A stretch of DNA of 55,506 nt. It comes from Vulcanimicrobiota bacterium. GTDB taxonomy: Bacteria > Vulcanimicrobiota > Vulcanimicrobiia > Vulcanimicrobiales > Vulcanimicrobiaceae. The stretch's first letter is position 1. Each line of letters begins with the position of its first letter. Shown here one piece after another: positions 37,903 through 47,172 of the stretch. Made by a program: the position numbers and the translations under genes. The notes beneath the pieces were generated by a model that did not search any database, was not told the DNA's origin, and saw only the letters and a list, made by a program, of their open reading frames with translations. The stretch is from NCBI GenBank assembly GCA_003135555.1, contig PLCF01000079.1:1-55506 (forward strand). Reading direction: 5' to 3'.

Positions 37903-39414
37903 CTAGTCGTAGACGCCGCGAACGCTCCACGCAGCGGCGCCCGAGATCGTTGCAGGACCTTCGCGCGCGATGCGCAGCAGCGCGCCGTCGTCGAGGCAGA
38001 CGTCGTACTCGTCACGGACCAGCGGCGCGCCCTCGCCGGTCGACGGTGCCCACCAGCCTTCCTCGACGCGCCACGGTCCGGCGAGCTCGACGACCTGCTG
38101 CGGCGGCGTGCCGACGAAGCGCGGCGCGCCGTCGAGCACGCGCACCGCGACCGTACGGGGTTCCACGATGCGCAGCTGCAGCGTCGCCGACGCGTTGGGT
38201 GCCGGCAGTTCGGCGGGCGGTCCTTTCGTCGCGAGCGCTTCGACCGCGAAGGGTTCGAGCGCGAAACGGCGCTCGATGCGCGATCCGTCGACGACGCGCG
38301 CTCGCTGCGCCTTCCCTTCGCCCAACACGGCGTCGAGGCGCGCGAGCACGACGCCCAGCGCGTCCGGATCGGGATCGCTCGCGGCGAACAGCGAGAGCGT
38401 GACGCCGCCGCCGGCGAGCTCTTCGGCGGCCAGCCGCAGCCCGACGACCGGCGCTTCGAGCGTCACGCCTTCGAGCCGGGCGCGCAGCAGCTCGAACAGC
38501 GTCGCCGGCACCGCTGTCGGCTGCGCGACGCGCGTCGCGAGCTCGCGCGTCGAGCCGTCCTCGCACTCGAGCTGCAGCACGAGCCGGCCCGCGCGCCTTC
38601 CCGCCGCGCACAGATCGTCGACGACCCAACCGACGAGCGTGCGCAGCGCGAACAGCACCTGCTCCTCGGAGCTCGCCTCGCCTTCGCCGTAGAGCGTGCG
38701 GCCGACGCGCAAAGCACGCGTGCGCGGTTGGAGCGGACGGTCGTCGCAGCCGCGCGCGAGATCGTGCCAGCGCGCCGCTTCGGCCCCGAAGCGGCGTACG
38801 AACGGTCCGTGCGGGAGCGCTGCAAGCTCGCCCAGGGTAGTCACGCCGAGCAGCCGCAAACGCTCGCGCACGCCGTCTTCGGGGGCGAGCAATTCCAGCG
38901 GCAGCGGCGCCAGAAACGCCGCCGGATCGCTTTCGCACGCGCTGCCGTCGCCGCGCCAGGTCGCCGCATACGCGACGAAGCGATTGCGCCCGAACCCCAC
39001 GCGCACGGGCAGCGCGGCGACCTCGCCCCCAGCCTGCGCGAGGACGCCGCGCGCCGCCGCCAGCCAGCCGCGTGGATCTCCCGCGACCCCCTGCATCTCC
39101 AGAAAGGCGCGGCCGAGACCGGCGTCCTCGACCAGCGGCGAAGCGCCGTCGAGCGCGTCGAGTACGTGGCTCCACACCCGCGCGCCGGCAGCCGGATCGG
39201 CGAACACCGTGCGCGCCTCGGTGGCGACCGCTTGCGCCTGCACCAGCGTCATCCCGGGCCGCACGCCCAGCGCCGACGCGGTGAGCGTGCAGTCGACGAC
39301 GCGCCCGCGCTCGACTCGGTCGGCCAGGATCACCGGCGCGTCGAGGTCGACGCGTAGTGTCAGGCCGGCGACGGCGAGCCGAAAGGCCGGGATCCAGACG
39401 CAGACGACCGGCAT
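37903..39414 (-). CDS. imuB: ImuB, inactive Y-family polymerase
   Basis: GVRPGMTLVQAQA, SPLVE, LRLLGVTTLGELAAL, C-terminal GPWRVEEGWW..RDEY..GVYD. Confidence 0.88.
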   Translation of the reverse strand: MPVVCVWIPAFRLAVAGLTLRVDLDAPVILADRVERGRVVDCTLTASALGVRPGMTLVQAQAVATEARTVFADPAAGARVWSHVLDALDGASPLVEDAGLGRAFLEMQGVAGDPRGWLAAARGVLAQAGGEVAALPVRVGFGRNRFVAYAATWRGDGSACESDPAAFLAPLPLELLAPEDGVRERLRLLGVTTLGELAALPHGPFVRRFGAEAARWHDLARGCDDRPLQPRTRALRVGRTLYGEGEASSEEQVLFALRTLVGWVVDDLCAAGRRAGRLVLQLECEDGSTRELATRVAQPTAVPATLFELLRARLEGVTLEAPVVGLRLAAEELAGGGVTLSLFAASDPDPDALGVVLARLDAVLGEGKAQRARVVDGSRIERRFALEPFAVEALATKGPPAELPAPNASATLQLRIVEPRTVAVRVLDGAPRFVGTPPQQVVELAGPWRVEEGWWAPSTGEGAPLVRDEYDVCLDDGALLRIAREGPATISGAAAWSVRGVYD

Positions 39415-39450
39415 CGGGCACCTCTTCGACGGTGGAAACGTTGCAGCACC

Positions 39451-39924
39451 ATGTTGCTCGCGTTCGGTCTTGCGGTCGCCCTCATCGGGACGATTCCCAC
39501 GTACGGGCCCATCCCCCAACCTTCACCGTCGGCGGTCCCGGGGGTTCCGAAGACGTCCGGCGAGGCGCTCATCGTGAACTCGGGCTCGACCAATCGCGCC
39601 GGATATCGCTTGCGCGTGTACGCCGCCGGCTGGACCGCGCTGCAGCAAGGTGACGTGCCGATCCGCAAGCGCGTCCCGGGCGCGTTGATCAAGCACTTCT
39701 TCGCCGACCTCGCAGCGGCCGGGGCGCTCGACAAGCTGCCGGCGCCGAACTGCATGAAGAGCGCGTCGTTCGGCTCTTCGACGCAGGTCGGATATCGCGG
39801 CGCGATGTCGCCCGATCTCGAGTGCCCCAGCCCCTCCGCGTCCGCGCGCGCGTTGGCCATCGACGCCACTGCGCTGGCGGCGGCCGCCGGCGTCTCGATG
39901 CTGCCGCGCCCGCTCAAGCCGTGA
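39451..39924 (+). CDS. Hypothetical exported protein
   Basis: Hydrophobic N-terminus; NSGSTNRAGY and CMKSASFG..SPDLEC. Confidence 0.65.
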   Translation: MLLAFGLAVALIGTIPTYGPIPQPSPSAVPGVPKTSGEALIVNSGSTNRAGYRLRVYAAGWTALQQGDVPIRKRVPGALIKHFFADLAAAGALDKLPAPNCMKSASFGSSTQVGYRGAMSPDLECPSPSASARALAIDATALAAAAGVSMLPRPLKP

Positions 39925-39929
39925 GCAGA

Positions 39930-39977
39930 TGAAGCTGCGCTGAGAACGCGGTGAGCGTTCGCTGAAAGCGGGTGATG
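39930..39977. promoter_or_regulatory. 11-bp-period TGA(A/G) direct repeats, OmpR-family-like binding array
   Basis: TGA at 39930, 39941, 39952, 39963, 39973. Confidence 0.45.
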
Positions 39978-40050
39978 CCTCAGTTGCAGCGAGCGTACGC
40001 CCAGTACACGGACATCGTCCGCGCGCAATCATCTTCTGGGGAGGCATCGA

Positions 40051-40377
40051 ATGTTCACCAAAGCTCTCGTCGCCACCGCTCTGCTCACCTCGCTCGTCGC
40101 CCCGCTCGCGGCCAGCGCCGACGGCCGAGTCGAACAGCGCATCGACAACCAGCAGCACCGCATCAACGCGGGCGTCCGCAACGGCTCGCTGACCTACGGC
40201 GAATACCACCGGCTCGACAACGGCCTCGACCACATTGCGGGGCAGCGCGCGCGGGATCTGCGCCGCAACGACGGGCATCTCACGGCGGGCGAGTACCGGC
40301 AGCTCAACCGCGAGCAGAACCGGCTCTCCGACCGCATCTCCTTCGACACGCACAACCGCTGGCATCAGCACCGCTAG
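40051..40377 (+). CDS. Small secreted protein with two helical repeats
   Basis: GGAGG RBS; signal peptide; NGSLTYGEYHRL and DGHLTAGEYRQL repeats. Confidence 0.75.
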   Translation: MFTKALVATALLTSLVAPLAASADGRVEQRIDNQQHRINAGVRNGSLTYGEYHRLDNGLDHIAGQRARDLRRNDGHLTAGEYRQLNREQNRLSDRISFDTHNRWHQHR

Positions 40378-41138
40378 CCCACGATCTCACGCCGGTGCGG
40401 GCGCGCACCCACGTCGATGAGACGTTCGCGCACGTCGGCCGGCGCCGGGCGGTCTTCGAACGGATCGCAGCGCACGAGCGCGTCGCCCACCGGGACGGCG
40501 CGTTTGTGCTTGCGCACGACCGCGCGCACGTCGTAACCCGCGAGCTCGCCGAGATGGCCCGACGGGCCGTTCCAGCGCACGCGCTCGATCGCCGTTTCGA
40601 GCCGCACGGAGGCGAAGTAGCGTAACTCCGCCGAGGCCTCGTCGCCCAGCGCGACGAGCAGCGCGTTGGCGCGGTGCGTCAGGCTGGCCAGTCGGGTCCA
40701 CATCGCCGAGCCCGTTCCGCGCCCGCCGGGCAGCGTGGGGATCACGACCACCGTGAACGCGCCCGAACGCACCACGATGTCGGCCGCGCGCGCCAGCGCC
40801 ACCGGCTCGTCGACGCGCACGACGAGCAACCGCTCCAACCGCACCCCCGCGGCGGCGAGTGCGGGCGGGAAGAGATCCACCCCCAGGATCGCTCCCAGCC
40901 CGCGCCGCGTCGCCGCCGCGAGCAAGCGCGCGGCCAGCGCGCTGCGTCCGGAGCTTGGCGGGCCCTCGAGCGTCCCGATCGTGCCGCGCGGAAAGCCGCC
41001 GCCCAAGACGGCATCCAGCGCGTCGAGCCCGGTTCGAACCACCGCCTCGTCCCCCCGCGCGAACGCCACCGCCGTCGCCTCGCGGTGGCGGCGGTCGAGG
41101 CGCTCGCGAAGGGCCGCGAAGGCGGGGTCGGCGCTCAT
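40374..41138 (-). CDS. imuA: ImuA/RecA-like protein
   Basis: TGLDALDAVLGGGFPRG, degenerate Walker A GPPSSGRS, AAAGVRLERLLVV; LexA box upstream; near imuB. Confidence 0.8.
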   Translation of the reverse strand: MSADPAFAALRERLDRRHREATAVAFARGDEAVVRTGLDALDAVLGGGFPRGTIGTLEGPPSSGRSALAARLLAAATRRGLGAILGVDLFPPALAAAGVRLERLLVVRVDEPVALARAADIVVRSGAFTVVVIPTLPGGRGTGSAMWTRLASLTHRANALLVALGDEASAELRYFASVRLETAIERVRWNGPSGHLGELAGYDVRAVVRKHKRAVPVGDALVRCDPFEDRPAPADVRERLIDVGARPHRREIVG

Positions 41139-41147
41139 GGGAGGCTC

Positions 41148-41176
41148 ATGCTAATCGAACGTATGTTCGATGTCAA
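41148..41176 (-). promoter_or_regulatory. Sigma70-type promoter of imuA with LexA box in the spacer
   Basis: TTGACA-17-TAGCAT; TCGAACATACGTTCGA at 41155-41170. Confidence 0.88.
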
Positions 41177-41271
41177 CCGCCTCTCCTTTTGTCACCCTGA
41201 CGGAGTCACGTGCGCGTGAGCCCCGTCGAAGGGGGCCGAAACAGCCGGCCTGCGACCGGGGTACCTCGGGC

Positions 41272-41589
41272 ATGCGACACGTTGCGTTGGACGGGGTCTT
41301 CGACTCCGCCGAAGACTCGCTCGACGGCATCTTCGACTCGGCCCGGGACGCGCTGGACGCGGTTTTTGACGCCACGCGCGACTCGCTACGCGAAGCGCGC
41401 GACTCGGCGCACGGCGGTGATACCGGCGCCGAGGGGCCCGCGGCGGCGTGTGAGAGCGTGTTCGGTGCCGCCGGCGCCACGCTGGAACGGTCGTTCTCCG
41501 AGACGCTGCGGTCGCTGGAGACGGCGTCCAAGGCGACTCGGATCGCGCTCGAGCGCGCACGCGCGGTGCAAGCGGGGTCGCGCACATAG
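41272..41589 (+). CDS. Hypothetical protein with 11-residue amphipathic repeats
   Basis: LDGVFDSAEDS LDGIFDSARDA LDAVFDATRDS. Confidence 0.55.
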   Translation: MRHVALDGVFDSAEDSLDGIFDSARDALDAVFDATRDSLREARDSAHGGDTGAEGPAAACESVFGAAGATLERSFSETLRSLETASKATRIALERARAVQAGSRT

Positions 41590-41628
41590 GAGGTACGCGC
41601 GCCCTGCGTGCGGATGAAGCGAGAGCCC

Positions 41629-42921
41629 GTGACCGCTCTTCCCACGATTTCCGCCTCGGCGATCGACGTCGCACCGATTCGCTACGTCGACCGCACGCTC
41701 GACAACGGCCTGCGCGTCATCCTCGCCCCCGACCGGCGCGTACCGGCGGTCGCCATCAACATCGCGTACCGTGTCGGAGGGAAGGACGATCCGCCGCATC
41801 GTTCGGGCTTCGCGCACCTCTTCGAACACCTCATGTTCAAGGGAACCGCGCGGACCGCACCCGAGACGATCGACCGTCTGACTGAGGACGTCGGCGGTTA
41901 CAACAACGCGTTCACCTCCGAAGACATCACGAACTACTACGAAGTCATCCCGTCGAACCATCTCGAGCGGTTGTTGTGGGCCGAAGCGGACCGGCTCGCC
42001 GCGCTCGACGTCAACGCGCAGAACTTCGCGACCGAACGCGAGGTCGTGATCGGCGAGTACGATCAGCGCATCCTGGCCGAACCGTACGGCATGCTCGACG
42101 AGCTGATCAATCGCGAGGCGTTTGCAGTGCACCCGTACCGCCGTGGCGTGATCGGTAGCCCCGCGGAGCTCAACGCGGCGTCGCTCGAAGACGTCGTCGC
42201 CTTCCACACCACGTACTACCGGCCCGACAACGCGGTGCTCGTCGTAGCCGGCGATCTCGATGTCGACGAGACGCTGGGCTGGATCGGTCGCTACTTCGGG
42301 AAGATCGGCACGCCGGCGACGCCGATTCCGCGCGTGCGCGTGGTCGAGCCGGAGCAGACCGCGCAGCGCACCTACGAGTACCGCGCGCCGAACGTCCCAC
42401 TCGCCGCGCTGGAGCAGGCGTATCACATCCCGGCCGCTTCGCATCCCGATGCCGCGGCGCTCGACGTGCTCGAGACGCTGCTCGGCTACGGTCGCTCGTC
42501 GCGCCTCTATGCCTCGCTCGTCTACGACCGGCAGCTCGCGACGAGCGCGTACGCGTCGGCCGATCTGCGCGAACAGCCGGGCCTGTTCTCGGTGCGCTTC
42601 ACCTGCGCGCGCGGGGTCGCGCTCGCCGACGCGCGCGCGGCGCTGGAGATCGAGCTCGAGCGCGTCTCGACCCTACCGCCCGGCGACGCCGAGCTCGAAC
42701 GGGTCCGAACGCAGATCGCAAGCAGCGTCGTGCGCTCGCACCAGACCAACAACGGAATCGCGCTCATGCTGGTGCGCGCGACGACCGAGCGCGGCGATCC
42801 GGAGGTCGTGAACGGCGATCTGGCGCGCTATCTCGCCGTGACGCCCGACGACGTGCAGCGGGTCGCGCGAACGTATTTACGCACCGCCAACCGGACCGTT
42901 GTGGAGTACCTCCCCGCGTGA
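41629..42921 (+). CDS. M16 zinc peptidase, catalytic subunit
   Basis: LDNGLRV, SGFAHLFEHLMFKGT (HxxEH). Confidence 0.92.
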   Translation: MTALPTISASAIDVAPIRYVDRTLDNGLRVILAPDRRVPAVAINIAYRVGGKDDPPHRSGFAHLFEHLMFKGTARTAPETIDRLTEDVGGYNNAFTSEDITNYYEVIPSNHLERLLWAEADRLAALDVNAQNFATEREVVIGEYDQRILAEPYGMLDELINREAFAVHPYRRGVIGSPAELNAASLEDVVAFHTTYYRPDNAVLVVAGDLDVDETLGWIGRYFGKIGTPATPIPRVRVVEPEQTAQRTYEYRAPNVPLAALEQAYHIPAASHPDAAALDVLETLLGYGRSSRLYASLVYDRQLATSAYASADLREQPGLFSVRFTCARGVALADARAALEIELERVSTLPPGDAELERVRTQIASSVVRSHQTNNGIALMLVRATTERGDPEVVNGDLARYLAVTPDDVQRVARTYLRTANRTVVEYLPA

Positions 42922-44315
42922 ACGAGCCGGACCTGCTGATCCCGCCCGCCGGGCCGCCGCGCGACGCGCTCTTGCCCGCGCCTGTGGAGCGCGTGCTCGA
43001 CAACGGTTTGCGCGTGGTCGCTTTCTCGCAGCGCAATTTGCCCTTGGTCTCGGCTCAGCTCGTGGTGCGCTGCGGCGGCGCGGCCGAGCACGAAAACGAA
43101 GCCGGGCTCTCGGCGCTGGTCGCGGCGCTGTTGACGCAAGGGACGACCGCGCGTGGCGCGAGCGAGCTCGCGGCGACCGTCGACGCACTGGGCGCGCAGC
43201 TCAATGCCGCGTCGGGTTTCGATGCGTCGGTCGTCGGCGTCAGCGCGACCACGCCGGCCTTCCCGGCGGCGTTCGCGCTGCTCGATGAGGTCGTGCGCCG
43301 CCCGGCCTTCGCTCCCGCCGAGGTCGACCGCGTACGCACCAAGTCCATCTCGGACCTCGCGCTGATGTACGCCAACCCGAACGCGCTGGTGCGGCTGGTC
43401 GCGCAACGCGTCGCCTACGCCGGCGCGCCGTACGGCCATCCGCTGGCCGGAACCCCCGCGACGCTGGCGGCGCTGGGACGCGACCGCGTCGCGTGGTTTC
43501 ACGAGCGCTTCTACCGGCCCGACGATGCGGTGCTGGTGATCGGCGGCGATCTCGAGGTCGAGGCGGCGTTCGCGCTCGCGCAACGGGTCCTGGGTACGTG
43601 GCGCGCGCCCGACGCACCGCTCGCCGCGTGTCCCGACGGCGCGATCCCGGTGCCGCGCACGCGCCTGGTCGTCGTCGACAAACCCGACGCCGGCCGCACC
43701 GCGCTGCTGGTCGGGCGGACGACCATCGCCCGCGGCTCGCCGGACTACTACGCGGCGACCGTGGCCGCAGCCGTGCTGTCCGGCTACAGTGGACGGTTGA
43801 ATCAAGAGATTCGCGTGAAGCGCGGCCTCTCGTACGGTGCGAGCGCGTCGCTCTCGGCGCGCCGGATGCCGGGACTGTTCGGGGCCTCGACCTTGGTCGA
43901 CCATACGCGTGCCGCCGAAGCCGTCGAGGTCACGCTGGCGGCGATCCGGTCGCTCGCCGACGATCCGCCGACCGACGACGATCTGATCACCCGCAAAGCT
44001 ACGCTCACCGGCGCCTTCCACCGCGGCATCGAGACGATCGACGGCATTGCATCGGCGCTCTCGGAGTATGTGCTCTACGATGTCGCGCTCGACGAGCTGA
44101 ACCACTTCGCGCCCCGCGTGAACGCGGTGGATGCGCGTTCGGTGCGCGAGTTCGCCGCGCGCGCGCTGATCCCGGACGACTTCGTCGTCCTCGTCGGCGA
44201 CGCATCGAAGTTCGTCGCCGAGCTCGGCGCGCGCTTCGCCGACGTGCGGGTGATCCCGGTCGAGCGCCTAGACTTGGGTTCGCTGTCGCTCGAAGCGCTG
44301 AGCGCTACGGGATGA
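42918..44315 (+). CDS. M16 peptidase, non-catalytic subunit
   Basis: LDNGLRV, no HxxEH, RLNQEIRVKRGLSYG. Confidence 0.9.
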   Translation: MNEPDLLIPPAGPPRDALLPAPVERVLDNGLRVVAFSQRNLPLVSAQLVVRCGGAAEHENEAGLSALVAALLTQGTTARGASELAATVDALGAQLNAASGFDASVVGVSATTPAFPAAFALLDEVVRRPAFAPAEVDRVRTKSISDLALMYANPNALVRLVAQRVAYAGAPYGHPLAGTPATLAALGRDRVAWFHERFYRPDDAVLVIGGDLEVEAAFALAQRVLGTWRAPDAPLAACPDGAIPVPRTRLVVVDKPDAGRTALLVGRTTIARGSPDYYAATVAAAVLSGYSGRLNQEIRVKRGLSYGASASLSARRMPGLFGASTLVDHTRAAEAVEVTLAAIRSLADDPPTDDDLITRKATLTGAFHRGIETIDGIASALSEYVLYDVALDELNHFAPRVNAVDARSVREFAARALIPDDFVVLVGDASKFVAELGARFADVRVIPVERLDLGSLSLEALSATG

Positions 44316-45279
44316 GCAGAATCTTGCCGGTGGTCTTGCGGGCTTCGAGGTCGCGGTGCGCGTCGGCCGCGGCGGCGAGCGGATAGGTCGCGCCAACGCG
44401 GATGTGCAGCGCGCCGCTGCGCATCGCCTCGAACACGGCGCCGGCGCGCGCCGCCAGCTCCTCGGGCGTGCGGATGTAGTCGACGAGCGTCGGCCGGGTG
44501 AGGAACACCGAGCCGGCGCCGGCGAGCTTTTGCGGTTCGATCGGCGGAACGGGTCCGCTGGAGTTGCCGTACACGACGAGCATCCCGCGTTGGCGCAGCA
44601 AGCTCAAGCTGCGCTCCCACGTGTCCTTGCCGACCGAGTCGTAGGCGACGTCGACGCCGTGCTCGCCGACGAGCGCGCGCGTAGCCTCGGCGAAGTCTTG
44701 CTGCGCGTACACGATCACGTGATCGGCGCCGAAGCCGCGCGCCAGCTCGGCCTTCTCGGGCGTGCCGACCGTGGCGATCACCGTCGCGCCGCGCGCCTTG
44801 GCCAGCTGCACGAGGGTCGAGCCGACGCCGCCGGCGGCGGCGTGCACCAGCGCCACGTGTCCGGGTCGCAGCGGGAAGGTATCGCTGGCGAGGTAGTGGG
44901 CCGTCATCCCTTGCAGCATCGCCGCGCAGGCATCCCGGTCGTCGATCCCGTCGGGGACGTGCACCAGCTCGCGCGCCGGAACGGCGTTGGCCTCGGCGTA
45001 GCCGCCCATGTTCGGCGTTTGCGCGTAGGCGACGCGATCGCCGGGTTTGACGCTGGTCACGCCGTCGCCGACCGCTGCGACCACGCCCACGCCTTCGCGC
45101 CCGTCGATGAACGGCAGGGGTCGCTTGTAGAGCCCGGTCCGGAAGTAGACGTCGATGAAGTTCACGCCGCACGCACTCTGGCGGACGAGGGCCTCGCCGG
45201 GGCCGGGCACGGGCTCCGGGACGTCGGCGAGCTGGAGTACTTCGGGGCCGCCGAGGCGGTCGACACGGATCGCTTTCAC
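44305..45279 (-). CDS. NADPH:quinone oxidoreductase (zeta-crystallin family)
   Basis: GGPEVL, GVNFID, LQGMTAHYL, HAAAGGVG, RKTTGKILL. Confidence 0.92.
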   Translation of the reverse strand: MKAIRVDRLGGPEVLQLADVPEPVPGPGEALVRQSACGVNFIDVYFRTGLYKRPLPFIDGREGVGVVAAVGDGVTSVKPGDRVAYAQTPNMGGYAEANAVPARELVHVPDGIDDRDACAAMLQGMTAHYLASDTFPLRPGHVALVHAAAGGVGSTLVQLAKARGATVIATVGTPEKAELARGFGADHVIVYAQQDFAEATRALVGEHGVDVAYDSVGKDTWERSLSLLRQRGMLVVYGNSSGPVPPIEPQKLAGAGSVFLTRPTLVDYIRTPEELAARAGAVFEAMRSGALHIRVGATYPLAAAADAHRDLEARKTTGKILLIP

Positions 45280-45344
45280 GCCCGTTGGGAACCGCGCAAC
45301 GCCGCGGCAGTTTCCATCGCCGGTGCCGGGGTACGTCACCAAAC

Positions 45345-45491
45345 GTGGAACGCCAAGACCTCTACCAGGACGACCTCACCGAAGAGCGCCAGCCGACGCC
45401 CGCCCAGCGCGACGACGTCGCGGCGAGCGAGGTGCTCGACCCGGACCGCCCCGACCACGACGAAACGGAACCGAAAAAGGACGCCCCCTAG
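45345..45491 (+). CDS. Small acidic protein (48 aa)
   Basis: MERQDLYQDDLTEERQPTPAQRDD...; GTTT-15-GGGTAC upstream. Confidence 0.5.
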   Translation: MERQDLYQDDLTEERQPTPAQRDDVAASEVLDPDRPDHDETEPKKDAP

Positions 45492-46138
45492 CTCGGCATC
45501 GTCGTCCCGCTCGCCGAGGTCCCCGGGACGCGCGGCAGCGTCGGATCGTCGAGCACGCTGGTCGTGCTCGGTACGGTCTCGTCGCCCTTGATGACGCGCG
45601 CGGTGTCCTCGCTCATCCCCATCGACTCGTCCTGGTCGCGCGTGGTCTGACCCTTCGCCGCGGCGCTGTCGCTGTGGAAGAGATACGACGACGACGTGGG
45701 ATCGAGCGCGCCGGGCGGCGCGTGCTCGACCATCATGGCGAAGTGTTGAAGGTCGTGTTGCAGACGGCGTTCGAACAGGCCGCCGGCGCCGAGCACCTCG
45801 CCGAGCTGCCCGAGAATCCCCTGCGGCGGCTCGTAGCTGACCTCGACCGTCACGTGCGTCAGCTGCGTGCCGATCGGTTCAAAGAGGACGCGACCGCTGT
45901 TGTTCACCCCGTCGACCGAGCGCCAGCCGATCTGCCGGTCCGGGATCCAACCGTCGTTGACGGCGTCCCACTCGTGCTTGCCGGTGACGTCGACGACCCA
46001 GTGGCTGTGCTCGTCGTCCAGATACGTGACCTCCTTCACGAAGGTCATGAACTTGGGATAGTCGTTGAAGTGCGAATAGAGCCCGTAGACCTGATGGACG
46101 GGCGCGTTGACCGTGACCGCTGCGCTGTGCTCCGCCAT
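45488..46138 (-). CDS. SRPBCC (cyclase/dehydrase) family protein
   Basis: VNAPVHQVY, YPKFM..V.EV, SHW, WDA, IGWRS, YEPP. Confidence 0.85.
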   Translation of the reverse strand: MAEHSAAVTVNAPVHQVYGLYSHFNDYPKFMTFVKEVTYLDDEHSHWVVDVTGKHEWDAVNDGWIPDRQIGWRSVDGVNNSGRVLFEPIGTQLTHVTVEVSYEPPQGILGQLGEVLGAGGLFERRLQHDLQHFAMMVEHAPPGALDPTSSSYLFHSDSAAAKGQTTRDQDESMGMSEDTARVIKGDETVPSTTSVLDDPTLPRVPGTSASGTTMPS

Positions 46139-46224
46139 GCGAAACCGCCTTCTGTGTCGTTGACGAACCTAGGAAGGTAGCATACCCGCTTTGCGCCGCG
46201 CAACGCGGGTACGATACGGCGGCG

Positions 46225-47172
46225 ATGGCCCTGCACCTCGACTTCGGCATGCTCAAAGACACCTACTCCGGATTCAGTGCCGATAAGGCGCCGCGGCTGG
46301 CTGCGGCGTTGTCGTACACGACCATCTTCGCCGTTGCGCCGCTGTTTCTGATCGTCATCGCGATCGTGGGCGAGGTACTGGGACTGCGCAGCGGCGGGCA
46401 CGGCAACAACCTCGTCGAGGACCAATTGCTCGAGACGATCCGGCGCTCGGCCGGCACCGAAGCCGCCGACACCGTGAAGCAGATGGTGACCGCCGGCTAC
46501 GGGCACCAGCGGCAGGGTGGGATCGCCCAGGTCGTGGGTTGGGTGACGCTAGTGCTCGGCGCCGCCGGGTTGTTCGCCGCGCTGCAAGACGCGCTCAACA
46601 CCGTCTGGCACGTCGAACCGCCCAAGCAAAGGCTGTGGGCCGCCGTTCGCGATCGGCTGGCCTCGATCGGGATGCTGCTCGCGATCGGGTTCGTGCTGCT
46701 GGTGACGACGGCGATCAACGCTGCGATCGCATACGTCGCGACCTATGTCGCGCGCGCGCTGCCTTTCCCCGGCGCGGGCTTCGTCTGGGGGTCGATCAAC
46801 CTCGCCGTCTCGCTGGGCGTGATCGCGGTGCTGTTCGCGTTGATGTACAAGTACTTGCCCGATGCGAAGATCGAATGGCGCGACGTCTGGACGGGCGCCC
46901 TGGTCACCGCGCTCGCGTTCGTGATCGGGCAGGCGGTCATCGCGCTGTATCTGGGACGGGCCGGCGTCGCCTCCGCGTACGGCGCCGCCGGCTCGCTGCT
47001 GGTGTTGTTGTTGTGGGTGTACTACTCGTCGCTGGTCTTGCTGTTCGGCGCCGAGTTCACGCGCGTCTATGCCGAGAAGCACGGCTCGCGGATCGGAGTG
47101 ACGCCCGCGGAGATCGACCCCAACGCGAAGCGTGAGCCGGACCCCAAGTCCGCGGCGCCTGCACAGGCCTAA
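46225..47172 (+). CDS. YihY/virulence factor BrkB family membrane protein
   Basis: LAAALSYTTIFAVAP, LQDALNTVW, YGAAGSLLVLLLWVYYS..GAEF. Confidence 0.9.
   Translation: MALHLDFGMLKDTYSGFSADKAPRLAAALSYTTIFAVAPLFLIVIAIVGEVLGLRSGGHGNNLVEDQLLETIRRSAGTEAADTVKQMVTAGYGHQRQGGIAQVVGWVTLVLGAAGLFAALQDALNTVWHVEPPKQRLWAAVRDRLASIGMLLAIGFVLLVTTAINAAIAYVATYVARALPFPGAGFVWGSINLAVSLGVIAVLFALMYKYLPDAKIEWRDVWTGALVTALAFVIGQAVIALYLGRAGVASAYGAAGSLLVLLLWVYYSSLVLLFGAEFTRVYAEKHGSRIGVTPAEIDPNAKREPDPKSAAPAQA

Noticed and set aside
39415..39430. Possible LexA box before imuB (CGAAG-aggt-GCCCG on minus)
   Set aside because: Three mismatches and overlaps the RBS; expected by chance
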